This document shows positions 12,033-26,200 of a stretch of 64,000 nucleotides of DNA, piece by piece. The notes beneath the pieces were generated by a model. The model was not told the origin of the DNA. It saw only the letters and a program-made list of their open reading frames with translations, and searched no databases. Source of the DNA: Asterias rubens (Eukaryota); the NCBI RefSeq assembly GCF_902459465.1, contig NC_047071.1, positions 4,030,001-4,094,000 on the forward strand, given 5' to 3'. The number at the start of each line of letters is the position of its first letter. Positions within the stretch are counted from its first letter, which is position 1. The position numbers were made by a program, and so were the translations under genes.

Positions 12033-14191
12033 CAGCCGAACGTTTTGAATTAATCAGTTATACGATAATTAACTATTGTGCGGACTTGAAGTAGCTAAAG
12101 TTGCAAACACCTTTGTACGTTCAAGAAGGCCTACTTCACGGACTGTGCGCGGTACCGCAACGAATTGTTTGTTTGGTTGATTGGGCGTTTTTCGTTTTGA
12201 AACGTCGTAATCTGTCAAATTTCGAGAGATGTAGCTTTAACTAAGCCTAATGATTGGACTAGACTAATCATAAACTAATTATTTTTGTAATCCACTGTTG
12301 GTAGCATTTGAGGTTTAACAAGTTCACCTCCTCCATGTACTATTCCATTATCAAATTATATATATTATTAAGACAGGTCATCCTTCACTGAAAACAACTG
12401 CCGCACTCGTTTGGCACTAAGAGCAGTTACGGTGGGTGGGTTGGAGAGGGAGAGGAGGGGGGGGGGTACAGATGGCACTAAATCTCTCCTCGTTGTTGTC
12501 CTCGAAATAATTGATAATTAAAATCGTTCCGTCAGCAAAACACCTGTTATTACTTAGATATTTATATATAATTTATATTAATTAATCTCAGCTAGCTTTA
12601 TTGAAAAGATATTCCAATGTGTACACACATGTAATCGCTGTGTTTTTTTATCCACAATTAATGGTTGTTGGAAGGCCAGAGGATTTAAAGAATGGAGTCG
12701 CACCCGGTTTTAATGTATGAAGATTTGAATAAATCAGCATTCAATTCTGCAATAAACCAAACAAAATCCAAGTACATGAATGAGTGCACATACCATAACT
12801 CAGAATACTGCTAAACAGTCTTAACACGTGTAAACAGAAAGATTAATTACAGTCCAAACATCTGAAACAAGTGAAAGTAATTAATGAAACATAATGATTT
12901 TTAAACGGAAACATTAACTTACTACTGTGACCGGATACAACTAGCAGATCAGTAACAGTTCAGCAACAATAGTTCAGTCCAGTTAAACAGCATACAGTTC
13001 AGTTAATCAAAACGGTTATCCCCCTAAACGCCGATCAGTAAATCTAAGCAGTATCAGTACAAATTTAAGCAGTTTAGATAACCTTTTATATCAGTAAAGC
13101 TATCGAGAAATACAGTTTCTGATGCGTTTATCGGAAAAAGGTCGCCAAGTATGGCGCCCTCAAGCGACAGTTCGTAATAAACAAAACTCGACGAAACAGT
13201 TGTTTTGAAGAGGGAGGTGGGAGGAGGGGTGATTTTTGTGTTCATAATGATCAGCTGCAAACCGTAGCGTGATAAAGTTGATCTAATCAAGCTTCTTCCA
13301 CACGCTCTACAGATGCTCCGGTTTACATATGTCCAACACGTGCCTATAGAAATACACCGTAGGTTTACTTTACCAGTGAGCTTGGAACTTGCCTTTTGTG
13401 TTCACATCCTTTTCCCCCTCCCCCAGTAGCCCCTATAACACACTGCCTGTATATCCATCCACGAGCGCAGAGGCTCAACCCAGCTGTTCGCCAATCAACA
13501 CACAGCACACACAGGTACTGGCTTTATAATCATTGCGGTAACCACATGCCTCACAGTCTATCATAAACTCATAATCATATTATTACTCTGTGTATGTAAT
13601 GCAAATGACATCACACAATCTGATGAATCTAGTGGACTTTCCCCCAATCGACCACGCCCACCTGTTGAATAATTCATAATTTGTTTTGTTATCAACCTAT
13701 TATTTTCCTCTTGTATCCCCGTCGTAAAGCTTAAGTGCCCGGCTGTCTAAGATTGTTATGGTAATTGTGGATTTGGGGGGGGGGGGGGGGGGAGCGGTAT
13801 TTAAACCGTATTATTTGGAAAGGGGCGACCACTTTCGGTTAGGTCGTCTATCAGTCCGGGGAGCACCACGAGATTAGCGTGTCGGAGCTGGATTCTCTCC
13901 GCCAGGTGGTTGACGGAATCTACGGTACAGAAGAGATCGCCAACGAGCGCCGAATTCGGTGAGTACCGTGCTTACGTCAAATTTCATTTTAGAATTCTTG
14001 TTTTTGTTTATCATCCAAAATATTTTGCTAAATATTTTGGCAGTTGATGTCGAGTGGATGCGTTTGTTTAAGAACTTAATCATTTCATCTTTTCGCCTTT
14101 TCGATTATTGTTTTAAAAATTTATACAAACCTCAAAATACTAACTTGATGAGTCGACGGTAAAAATGTTATTTTCTTAATTTTAACGGTAT

Positions 14192-14229
14192 TCTCCTGAA
14201 GACGATCAGAGCATCTGATCGAAACCGAG
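14192..14229 (+). ncRNA. Degenerate hammerhead motif in a repeat fragment
   Basis: TCTC-CTGAAGA-C-GATCAG(AGCAT)CTGATC-GAAA-C-CGAG. The GT of the cleavage triplet is missing. Confidence 0.45.
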
Positions 14230-16456
14230 TTGTCAACATAGGTTTTTTTGAGAACCAGCACTGTACTCAAAAGAGTTTTTTTCACATGCTGCTATAGCAA
14301 ACCTCGCCTTAATTTGACTGTCTTTCAGACGAGTATTTTTCAGGAGGACTGGAACTGGTAATGAATCTGAAATTTCCTGAAAAAAAATATCTTCGACGAA
14401 AGAACTTTTTCAAATAATTAGCCAAATGTGAATTCCGATTATAGACAAAAGCTTTACCGAAATCAACTTAAACACCGATCCAACGGTGAGATATTAAAGA
14501 CGCGTTTACGAGTAAAGATGTTAAATTCGACCAACAGACCGTGAAATTCAGGCGCGTGTTTTAATGCTGTCTTGTCACCTTTGCTTTCAACAAGTTGCCT
14601 TGCTTTGTTTAAGAAGAAAATGCGCATTTTGAACGTTGGCATACGCCCGAGTCTTGCAGGGCACATTTTTAGGAGTGGTCGCTGCCCGAACCAAGGTGAC
14701 CACACCCAATCCGTTGATTTTTTACATTGTATTTTTTTGATATGAGTTTCTTTTTGTGAATTTTATAGACCTATGACGGTGGTTTCATATGTTTTTATAA
14801 ACGGGTGATAATATGGATCGAAATCAACGAGCGTGATTTCGGGATTGTGAACAAAAATAAATTCTAAACTTTTACAATCGTTCAGACGGTGGTATTTTTG
14901 AATCTGATAACTAGCAGAAGTTTAGTCAGACACAGCGTTTTTCGTTTCAATCGATACCGATTCTTAAAATAAACCGATCGGACAAAATGGCCGAGTTGTC
15001 CAGTGTACCTGGCCCAAACTCAAGCCTCAATTTACTAAAACCTCTAAGCACAAACACTTGCTAAGCACCGAATAGTATTTCTTAGCCGAAACAGTTTACC
15101 ATGTAGCCAAATCACATTAAGTTTGCATTATGACCGGCGAATCACTAATTGTGCTTAGCAAAAACAATTGCCTAACAGCTTTATGAAATTGGGCTCTGGT
15201 GTTGTGGGTTTTGGACCTCGGGTGTTTGACACTCAAACATAATATTGCTTTGTCCTTCGGATCGGCCGTTAAGCCGAGGTCCCGTGTGTTGTGAATCGCT
15301 TACCCCTGCAAACCCCCGGGAAATACCCGGGGAGGGGCTACCCATGTTTGGGGGTAGAGCTAAGTGAGACCACCCTGGGGTTAGCTTGATGTGGGTTAAT
15401 TCTTCACAGGAAAATTGCATTAGGTGTAAAACGGACTTGGTTGATGGTGAGGTTAAAACTCCCAGAAATTTCCCGTGGTCGTATTTTATAGAAAATGGTT
15501 CGTTATCTCCATGGTTATACTGTGAAAAGCGCTGTTAGAAAGCAATTAACTCATCTTGTTCATGAATGAACGTGGGCCATACAATCAGCTTGCGTACATT
15601 TCAGCATATTTGCTGGCCATGCTTCACTGAAAACAACGACAAATGTGTATGGGTTGGTTCAAGAAAATTCTGTGCACGTTTATCATACACGTTTTAATTG
15701 ATGACATCCAAACAAGGGGTGGTGGTTTTCTACAACTTTGTTAAGTGTCAAATGCCCTTAAAAAGGAGAAAAGGTATACAGACATTTGTGTTTCAAACGA
15801 GTTGTTTGGTCATCAAATCAGCGAAACGATTTAGTCATGACCGGCCCAGTTTAATCAGAAAATCGTTACTTTTCAAAATCACTGAAATCGACACCGAGAC
15901 GTTGACCGCCATGAATTTTTATTACTTCACCCGACGCAACCCTAAACTATGAGCATCGGTAACTTATCGCGATAATCGGCTGAGGTCTTGAAGAAACGGG
16001 ACCGCTCGAAGCTCTGTGTCACGCCTAACCCAGGAGACGATCTCCAGCAGTAAAAGACAAACATCAACATTAAGAAGGAGAGGAACAAGAAGAATAATAG
16101 GGGGAAAATGAAGAGTGATAAACTGAAAAGAGATCATCGGATCATCTCTCCGATACCGGATTAAGTCCCAAGACTCCCCCGTATCTATAACCGTGTATTG
16201 TAATCGAATAGTCGATAGTGAGAACAGGTTTATTATTTCTAGATGCGTATATACTCCTCGACTGGTGGATATTAGTTTCCGTTTAAATACCGTGCCTTTC
16301 AAATCTGGCGTTTCCATGTCACGAGGCGAATTGCACGAACAAAAACATTCAATAGTTGTTTTATTACTCACTAATAAACCCTAATCATTTGAAAAACAAA
16401 ATAACAATAAACCAAAATAGACAGGAGAATGCGTCAACAATTGAAACCCCTACTTT

Positions 16457-16855
16457 TTAAAGGCAGTGGACACTATTGGTAATTACTCAAAATAATTATT
16501 ATGAAGTTTGTTTTAGTATAAAACCTTAATTGGTAACGAGTAATTGGGACAGGTTAATAGTATACAACATTGTGAGAAACGGCTCCCTCTGAAGAAACAT
16601 AGTTTTCGAGAAAGAAGTAATTGTCCACTAATTTGATTTCGAGACCTCAAGTTTAGAATTTGAGGTCTCGAAATCAAGCATCTGAAAGCATAACTTCGTG
16701 TGACAAAGGTGTTTTCTTCTTTCATTATTATCTCGCAACTTCGACGACCGATTGAGCTCAATTTTTTACAGGTTTGTTAGTTTACGCACATGTTGAGACA
16801 CACCAAAAGACAAGTCTGGTCTTTGACAATTACCAATAGTGTCCAGTGTCTTTAA
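16457..16855. mobile_element. MITE family A copy
   Basis: TTAA at both ends, TIRs and family core. Confidence 0.85.
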
Positions 16856-19426
16856 GTAAAGCAATGCTATTTTTGTCCCGTAAGCCAATACCACAATCCT
16901 TGTAAAAGTGGGGAAAATAACAGGTCTCGGACCTCCCTCTTAAGATGGTGTAAAATTTATTTAATACTCTCTAAGCATGACGTCACCTACTTTAGCTGGC
17001 TGGAACATTCTACACAGAAGGTGTTTCGTTTGAGTAAAAAGGTCAACTTAAGCACAATTTCGATTGAATAAAAGATTTTCATGAATTAAAATCTCCCGTA
17101 CACAAAATTGTGTGACGCAACAGAAAAACGACGTCATTTGATGTTTTGGGTTCGTAACACATTTCGCTCTACAAGTGTATGAAATACGATGGCCTTTCAC
17201 ACGTTATTCAAGGTGTAGTTATATATTTTATCCACTTTGATGAAGACTCTATTTAAAAAAAAAAAAAAAAACTAGGGCATCACAAAATTATCTTTGACTT
17301 TGAAATCTTTAAAACTGCGATGATCACACCATTAACAAAATATGGCAACTTGAGTTCTGTAATTTTCTCTTCGAAACCACTGGCCGAGGTCAGTTCAGAA
17401 TCACACATGATCTTCCCAGTTTTCGATTAGGCAATAAATGTATAACGGCTGAGAGATAAATGATATACCGAATTGTATATTATTAATTTTGTCACTTGTA
17501 GATGTCTGACCCCCATGAGTTTTCATCATGAATATTGAATTGTTATACCCTGCTAAAAGCATTGATGCTGTCCTGGAGAGGGTGGGTTGCAAAATCCATT
17601 TCTGCTCGGTGCTCGTGCTGTCAATATTGTGGTTTATTTCGATGGTTCGGCCTGGAAGAAATGGCTCTCACATGTTGATGTTGGGGAGAATAATTTGAGG
17701 GGTGAAATGGGATTCTGTGATTGTTAAACATTTTGTTAAGATTAATTATATGCCAATTCGATCCTTATTTGAATTGCATCAGATGATTTCAGAAATACCA
17801 GTGAATGCTCTTTGTGCAAACTATATAACACGTCACTTTAATTCTCCCCAAATAAAATGCTAATTCCACAATAATAAATTTCCAGTTACAATTTTCACAT
17901 CATTGTTATATGCTGGTCTATTTTTCGTCCATTCTGTGAACGTTTCTAACCAAAATACTGAGTTTCAATACAGTTATCCAAGTCGCAGTGGAAATGATTA
18001 CTATTTAATTACACACCACGTTGTTTTGGGCCTCGCACAGAAGCGCACGGTCTTCAGTTTTTTTTTATTTAGTTGAAGCAATCCAATCTTTTCCATTTTA
18101 GATGAAGTAACATCCACGTTGTCTGGCGCATCCTATTATGGGGTAATCATTCGTAACAACTTGTCACTTCCATCCCATACTCTAGCGACAACCTAATCAA
18201 CCAAAAGGGGGGGGGGGTGTTGTTGTGGAATTGTACAGCCCCTAAACCTAATCATCATCAAAATCGAACTTCACTCCAGTATCAATGAACCATCTCCCCA
18301 TACATCACAGACAGATCATTTGCTCCTGTAAGACTAAAAGAGAGAAAAACACTCGCACAAAACAATATAAACCGTATAGACACAAAAGTGACTGCCCCTT
18401 ATCCAACACCCCCCCCCCCCCCCCGTGTGTCGGTAATCCGTCTAAAAATTACTAACGTAATTATACACAAACAAAGTCATTGTAAGTCACCATTTATTTT
18501 CCTCCAATACATAAACTACCGCGGAGGAGAACAAAAAAATTAGATCGACGAAGCGCGACGGACAGTTTTTGACAAAATTCAGCAGTTAAGTACATTGTCT
18601 GGTCAGGCGACTCTGCGGTTTTGTTTAATTAACGTAATTTACTAATGGAAGCCAGTGAAGAAACCTGTTGAATAATTTCGCAATCTCGACTCTGTAGCAC
18701 GAATGATAAAGCTCCAATCAGTGGTTCTAGCGACGGTCGACGCAATGAAAAAGTAATGACAATTTTGCACTAAAATATTATGAAGCTGTTCTGTTTTATA
18801 ATGTGCGATTGAATACATTTAATACTTTGTTATAGCAGAGAGCGTAAAATGGGAGTTATAGTTGCGTGGGAGTTATACATTTACTTGCATTAACTATGCG
18901 ATTGAAAAGCATTGTTAAAAGAAGCAGGAAATGGTTTTATGGAACGGAGATTTCCGTTGTACTGGGAATTGTGAATTTCTCTAATTATTTCCGTTGGGGG
19001 GGGGGGGGGGAGGGTAGCGAAATTCATTTTTGTTTTTCAAAGATTAATTGTCTACACCTCCCCAACAAGCTTTTAACGATTATGTGCGATTTCATCCATG
19101 CTCTGGCGGTGTATTTTATCCTCAATTATTCAACGAGGTTTTCGTGTCACCGCGGATGTATAATAATTACATTCATTCTGATTTCCCATGTGCTTTTTGT
19201 GTGGGTTGATTTGAAGTGTGCATAGGGCAATGGGTTAGCAGTTAAAAAAAACAAAAATTCTCCAATCTTTGTTTTACTTTTTTGAAAGTCCAGAAATGTT
19301 CGTTCTCGCTCTCTTACTATAAGAATTATTGTTTGCATTTTATGAGTGGAAATATAAAGATGTTGAGTAATGACAAAAGTATATTCAAAATCTTACAAAT
19401 GTGTCTATTCTAGGTTTTTTGCGCTG

Positions 19427-19811
19427 TTACAGGCAGTGGGCACTATTGGTAATTCCTCAAAATAATTATTATCATAAACCTTTCTTGGTTACGAGTAATG
19501 GGGAGAGGTTGATGGTATAAAATATTGTGAGAAACAGCTCCCTCTGAAGTGACGTAGTTTTTGAGAAAGAAGTTATTTTCCACGATTTTGATTTCGAGAC
19601 CTCAGATTTAGAATTTGAGGTCTCGAAATCAAGCATCTGAAAGCACACAACTTCGTGTGACAAGGGTGTTTTTTATTTTATTATTATCTCTCAACTTCCA
19701 CGACCGATTGAGCTAAAATTTTCACATGCTTGTTATTTGATGCATATGTTGAGATACACCACGTGAGAAGACTGGTCTTAGACAATGACCAATAGTGTCC
19801 AATGTCTTTAA
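19427..19811. mobile_element. MITE family A copy
   Basis: TIRs and family core; left TSD reads TTAC. Confidence 0.8.
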
Positions 19812-20255
19812 AATAAATGTACATGACGAAAAGTCTTGCTACAGCCGAAACTCGGCAAATTTTTAGAACCCTTCGGGGCACAGGCATAATATTGATGTGG
19901 AAGAGCCTCCACACATGTAATTAGGGTAATTAGTCCCCAATTATGTTCCCATATTGTTCCCCATTTCTGGTATACCAAGGGCAGACAACTCAAGGGGTGA
20001 ATACCTGATTATGGTCACACTATAGCTACTTTAGTCCCATTACACCCAGCACATCAACAAAGGCACAATCTCTATCCACGCATTTGGCAATAACACGTAG
20101 AGCAACACTCTCATATTAAATGATATACAAACTTTCCGATCCAATTCCAAACCTAATGTTAAGGGGATGCCACTTTTTATTTCAGATATCGATTTTTTAT
20201 AAAACATACGGGAAACTGACTGTGTTAATTTCCTCTTCTTTGTCAGCAGTTCATT

Positions 20256-23200
20256 ATGGAAGAGACACCACGCCAAACACCAGAAACAGCACCGAGCCCA
20301 AACCAGCAACAACATGGCATGAGGGAGCACAGTCGCACCCCGTCCATGTCATCGGAGCCTGAATGCACTCACAGTAACAACCAATGCTATATGGTCAACC
20401 TCTTCGGAGTCCAGATAGCTGCTCTCATCATAGACAGCCAGGAGAGACTCTGCCTGGCTCAGATCTCCAACACCCTCCTCAAGAAGTTCAGTTATAACGA
20501 GATTCACAATCGCCGCGTGGCCCTAGGCATCACATGCGTGCAATGCACCCCAGTCCAGCTTGAAATACTCCGGCGAGCCAATGCGATGCCGGTGTCCTCT
20601 CGCCGGTGCGGAATGATCAACAAACGGGAGGCAGAGAGACTGTGTAAGTCGTTTCTTACCGAGAACCGTCCACCTAAACTGCCGGAGAATTTCTCCTTCG
20701 AGGTGTACCACGAGTGTACATGGGGCTGCCAGGGTGCCTTTGTGCCGTCTCGATACAATAGCTCCCGTGCGAAATGCATCAGATGCTCCTACTGTAGCCT
20801 ATTCTCCTCCCCTAATAAATTCATCTTTCACGCACACCGTATGCCCAACTCTAAGTTCCATCCACCAGACGGCCCCAATTTCAACTCTTGGAGAAGGCAC
20901 ATCAAACTGGTTGACAGGAACCCTTCAGAGGAACTTCTCCACGCTTGGGAAGACGTCAAGGCTATGTTTAATGGTGGTAGCCGGAAGCGATCTGTCTGTG
21001 AGAGCTCTAGCAAGATGCCACCAACCTCATTCGGCTGCCCTATCGACAGCAGGAGCAGCTCAGCACAACGGCTGCTCCCGAGCCCACCAAAGAGAGGTCG
21101 ATATGGCCACGAGCCGGTCCAGGAACAGGATCCAACACTAATGACAGCTGCTAACGTCCCGTACCCTCTCATGCCGATCCCAAATCGATCCACACCAACC
21201 ACCTTCACCGAAACCTTGCCGGAAGACCCACCTACTAACTCTATGCCAACCTACCCGGTGAATGTCTTTCACGGCCATCTATCACCGTCGAGTTTCAGGC
21301 AGCACCCGTTCATGGAGTTCCTATGGTCTGGAGCCCGGGCGGGTTGTCCACTCCCATCTGCTACCATGTGGCCTAAATCGATCGGAATGCCCTTTGTTTC
21401 TAACGCTAGCTACTACCAACCCTTAATGGGTCCGGACTCAGACATTCATACAGTCATTGACCAAGGCTCACCCACTAATACACCTACCAAGAAACCAAAC
21501 CAATGGGATGATTTCGAGTCGAAATATGGCATGTCGAAACCGAAAGGGGTCTCAAACAGACATCAATACCTCCCTGACTTCAGAAAGGCAGCCTACTACA
21601 CCTCAGCATTCCGACCCGTGATAACAAGCAAAGGTTGCCTGGACCCCGAAGGAGCATTCTCAAATGCAGAACGATTCATGTTCCCGCCAAAATCAGTCAC
21701 AGAAGAATGTTTCGTATCATCTGCCCAGCAGGACCAACGCTGCGAACCATCTTCGTACAACAAACCAAAACACCACCAGGTTCTCACCCCTGACGACCAG
21801 AAAAAACCGTTAAATCTGAACCACCTGACCCGCAAACTCGTTCCCGAGGTCGACCAGAATGACAAGCACGAGGAGTCCAACGCGACCGTGAAAAGGACAC
21901 CGTCTTCAAGGGGCTCTGGCTCGCTCGACGCAGGTGCGGATTTGGCCGACGAGCGCGGTGAGTGCCTCCGTGAGAGACTCGACCTCGGTGCTGAACGCCC
22001 TCAAAGAACTACCCCAGTTGCAAAGGTAAGTGAACTATTCCTGTAATTAATTGAGGGTTTTGGCGATGAGTCTCAGCTGTTTATTCATCGTCATTACTGT
22101 TTGTCAAGGTAACTAAACCAATGATTACTGGATTCGCTTCTAACACGGGAACTGATTAAAGTTATTTTGGATCTTCAGACGTACACCGAGGCAGTCTTTG
22201 ACGTAGGGACTACAGACTATTTGTATGTCCGTGTGACGACATTTCCACGATTAAAAAGGAAAAGACAATAAAAAAGTAATGACTACATTCTTGTAATGAG
22301 CCATTTGGTGAAGCAGAAAACATTGATCAGAGAAACTGAATAAGCGCAATTCTTTTTAACTCAGAGTCAACTGGCTTAGTTTAATTTGGCTGGCCAGTGA
22401 CATCAATGGAGTGTTTGTTTGTTACTTTCTCCAGCAAAAGCGCGATACAGAAAACGACGGATTCGAAACTGATCATGATCAAAAAGCAACTCAGCACATG
22501 TCTTGTTTAAGGGGGAGGAGTGGGGTGGGGACTGGCACAATGAACGTCCCCCTGCCATGTGCACCCCATGATATAGCGTACTGCACATCTAAACAAGAAA
22601 GCACGCCTTTCATGCGTTACAAAGTCGGCAACTACTCAAATTAAAATGACAATTACTTTAATTAATGAACACATCAGACAATAACATGCACTCTGAAAAG
22701 GGATAGGGTGAATGAACTAAAACACACTGAGTGAGGTCTGATTCCAGACTAAGGATAGTTGTTTTCTAAAGTTCAGATGAAGGTTAGAGGCAGGGTACTA
22801 TACTTTCAAAGACAAGTACCCTCACTTGATGTAGTGATAAAATATCAAATCTGTGAAAATTTTGGCTCGATTGGTCAACGAATTTACAAGAGAATAATGA
22901 GAGAAAAAACATCATTGTTGCACACATTATGTTTCAGATGCCCAATACAGGGCTTCAGGAATGACTTTTTCATTTTGTGTGTGTTAGAAATTCCCTCTTT
23001 CTCAAATACTACGTTTCAGAGGGGCCGCTTCTCAAAATGGTTTTCACTATCAACAGTTCTTGCTCGTTACCAAGTAAGTTTTTATGTTAACATTTATTTT
23101 GAGTAATGACCCAAAACTAAGATGATTGTATTGATGGATACCTTTAAAGAATAGGCTGATTATAAACATGAATGTAATGTTTCTTTCTTGAAGATTGAAA

Positions 23201-26200
23201 GTCCAAGGGCATCACCAGACACCCTGTTGTCAGTCGGTCATCTGCCGCCGTCAACAACTCACATCATCAAGGCGTGTCCTACACCGTCACTATCAAGCGA
23301 AGACGAAGAGCACGCCGTGCACAGCCAGACTGAAGGTAGATATTATTTCTAAAACGTCGTTTACATATCATTCGATTTTACTCAAAATAATTGTTAGCAT
23401 AGAAACTGGCTTGAGCAATGGAGAGCTGTTGTGAAACAGTGTGAAAAACGGGTTCCTCTAAAGTAGCGTATAGTTTTTGAGAAAGAGGTCACTAAAAAAA
23501 GCCTTTTGTGCATCTGAGAGCGCACACATTTTTGCAACAAGGGTGTTTTAGTTTCTTATCCTCTTGCAAGTTTGATTGGGGATAAAAAGGGCACCCAAGC
23601 TATGAATGAATGAAACAGATTAGTTCAACAAAACGAGCATCTAATTGTTTGATATTAAACCCTTGAGCCTTTATAAAATTCGCAACTTAAACTAATTTAT
23701 TTGGTCCTCGCGTTCTGCACCTTTTACTGTTTCACAGTTCCCAGTTGGATTTCTTTTATTCCTGTCTTTTGTGCCACTTTGTTTACAGTTTGACTCACAT
23801 TTCTCATTCTTTATTCACTTTGCATCAATAATATTGTAAAGATCATCATGATAATCGTGGAGGACTCTGTTATTAAGAATAATTCCTCCATTTACTTGTG
23901 ATTACGAGGCGACGAGAATGGGAAATAATATACCAATCAGGTCCAATGGGGTTGAGTTTTTTTTTATGCACGACAACATCGGTTTAAAATATTCATAGGG
24001 GAGTTGTATTACAGCGCCGGCTCTGCCATTATTTACGAATCTCTATTTTGTGGCTTCGCTAGTTTAATCACAATTTCCATTTTGGACGGCTAAATTTAAT
24101 CATCATTAAGCCATGTTTGGGTGCAGACCGTCCCCTCCATTGTAACGTTTGCCCCAGGCGGCAGTCTTTTCATTCTGATCAACTCAGAATTTTCTGGCCA
24201 ATTGACGCGAGACCATGACATAACACAAAGAATTTTTTTTATGAATTTAATTAGTGGTAACAAATAAGTGCATATTATATACTATTTTTACGGACATTTT
24301 TTTTTCTTTTAAATATTTCATCAAGCTGTAGTATGATCTCAAAATCGGGGATGGGCAAATTTAGAGCTCTCTCAATATTCTATTTTAATGTTTTTATTTT
24401 GATGTTTTGGGTGATGTATTGACTAGCACAATTAGAGCGCTACAACCGAGGCCGTGAGATACAGCTGTAGATGAACCATCACAATCAGTCACACTACATG
24501 TTATATCATGTATTGTTTTGTCTCTCAAACACAAGTCAACCTTTTTGAATATATTACTTTTTTCCGGTGCCCAATAAAATCCCCCCAATATTCCTTTGTT
24601 TGCGAAGAACGTGAACGCACCACGACGATTGCCGGCACGTGGGAGTGGGGGAGAGAGACGGGCAAACTTAGCTCCCGGCCCCCACGGCAGGCTCGACAGA
24701 TTTTCGGTTCACCCCCTTCAGCGCGTTAGCATACCCACTGCTTGATTAACTGCTAAAGAAACAACTAGTGGCGACTATCCTTAATTAAAGTTGCCCAAGG
24801 TGCTCATTTCTCTTGTAATCACGTCCGAAAGGATTACAATAAAGCAGCCGTTGATTATTTTACTGTTACAATCTTTTGTGAGTACTTATAGGGTGTATTT
24901 TTTTGTCCCGTAAACTCTCAGATACTGCTGTGGAGAGCGTGGCTAAACTTGAACAACAGTATAGAAGAAATGTGGTTGCCCACCAACTCATTGCGCGAGG
25001 TATGTACAGCACATGTAGGTGTCAATCAACTATAACTAAATTTAATGTTCGCACACAACAAGTATTGCAAAACAAAAATGGTAATATTTCAACATCCATT
25101 GACAAATATTAGCATAATAAAGACAAAGATCTGCTCTACCGTGTGAAAATTATAATCTTTTGTTTTGGGAGAGTGCTTTTTATTACATCAAGTATCCGTT
25201 CACACGTTTGGCGATAATGCGTGTAAACAGTCGAGGGGTTTTATGCAAAACAAAACAAGGTTTCTTCTCAGATCCAACAGTTCTCACAATAGATTTGTAT
25301 AGGCCTACATCGTTGTACTCGCAAGTTCACCATTAAAGTTTGCCTGTAATTAATACTTGAATATTATTTAAACTGTCATGCCGTATTCTTCGTTTACCGA
25401 AGCGTAAATAATAGGTGTAGGGCCAATTCACAAAATATGTTTGAATATATTCCGAAAATAATACAAACTGAGCATTGACAAAAAATAAGCTTAGAATAAA
25501 AACACTAAAACCTGAGAATACTTTTTAAAATAGGAAGGAAAAGTATTCCATATGTATCATGGCCCCTTGCATTTGGATTTATGAGTCTTTGAAATATGAC
25601 AGGACAAAACATAATGGGGCCACGCACAGCCGCCTGCTAATTGGCTTTGTGCAAAATATCAATGTTTCAATTTCATAAATCCACAAGTATAACTGATAAA
25701 TCAACATTTTGGGGCTCAGGGTTGGCTGTTTCGTGTGCAGGTGTAGCAGCATTTACGTTACTAGTCGATGGTACCCTTTTTCGAAATTGGTATCTCGACT
25801 GCGGAAATGTTACGTCACTGTACATATCGTGGCGCAAGACTTCTGTGTGCATATATACTGAACGTCATACCACTAGGTGAAATTTCATTAGCCGTAAGGA
25901 ACATTAATGTTGCTGGGACACCATATACACCAACAATTGAAATTTAGGAATTTTTGAAATTCATATTATTGATAATACAGTAATAATATATATATTTATT
26001 AGCATTCTAAGCCGGTGATATCACAACGTTATTCAAAAACTATACTTATTTCAGTTATGGTTAAGGGTTTTTATGATGTGCGATTCACTCAGTGCCTAAT
26101 GTGCTCAAGGCCCACTTTGGTGTAATTTGCTGCCTTTAGTAAAGACATCTTATCCGGGCGTTTACACAACACATGGGAGCACGATTAAAATGTCTAATCC

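Noticed and set aside
13775-13793. Long poly-G/poly-C runs here and at about 4950, 9170, 18410, 28770 and 34210
   Set aside because: Homopolymers are scattered throughout the window with no consistent context, and their lengths are also error-prone in assemblies.
15964-16371. 135-aa minus-strand ORF
   Set aside because: No recognisable family, coding bias or consistent splice structure.
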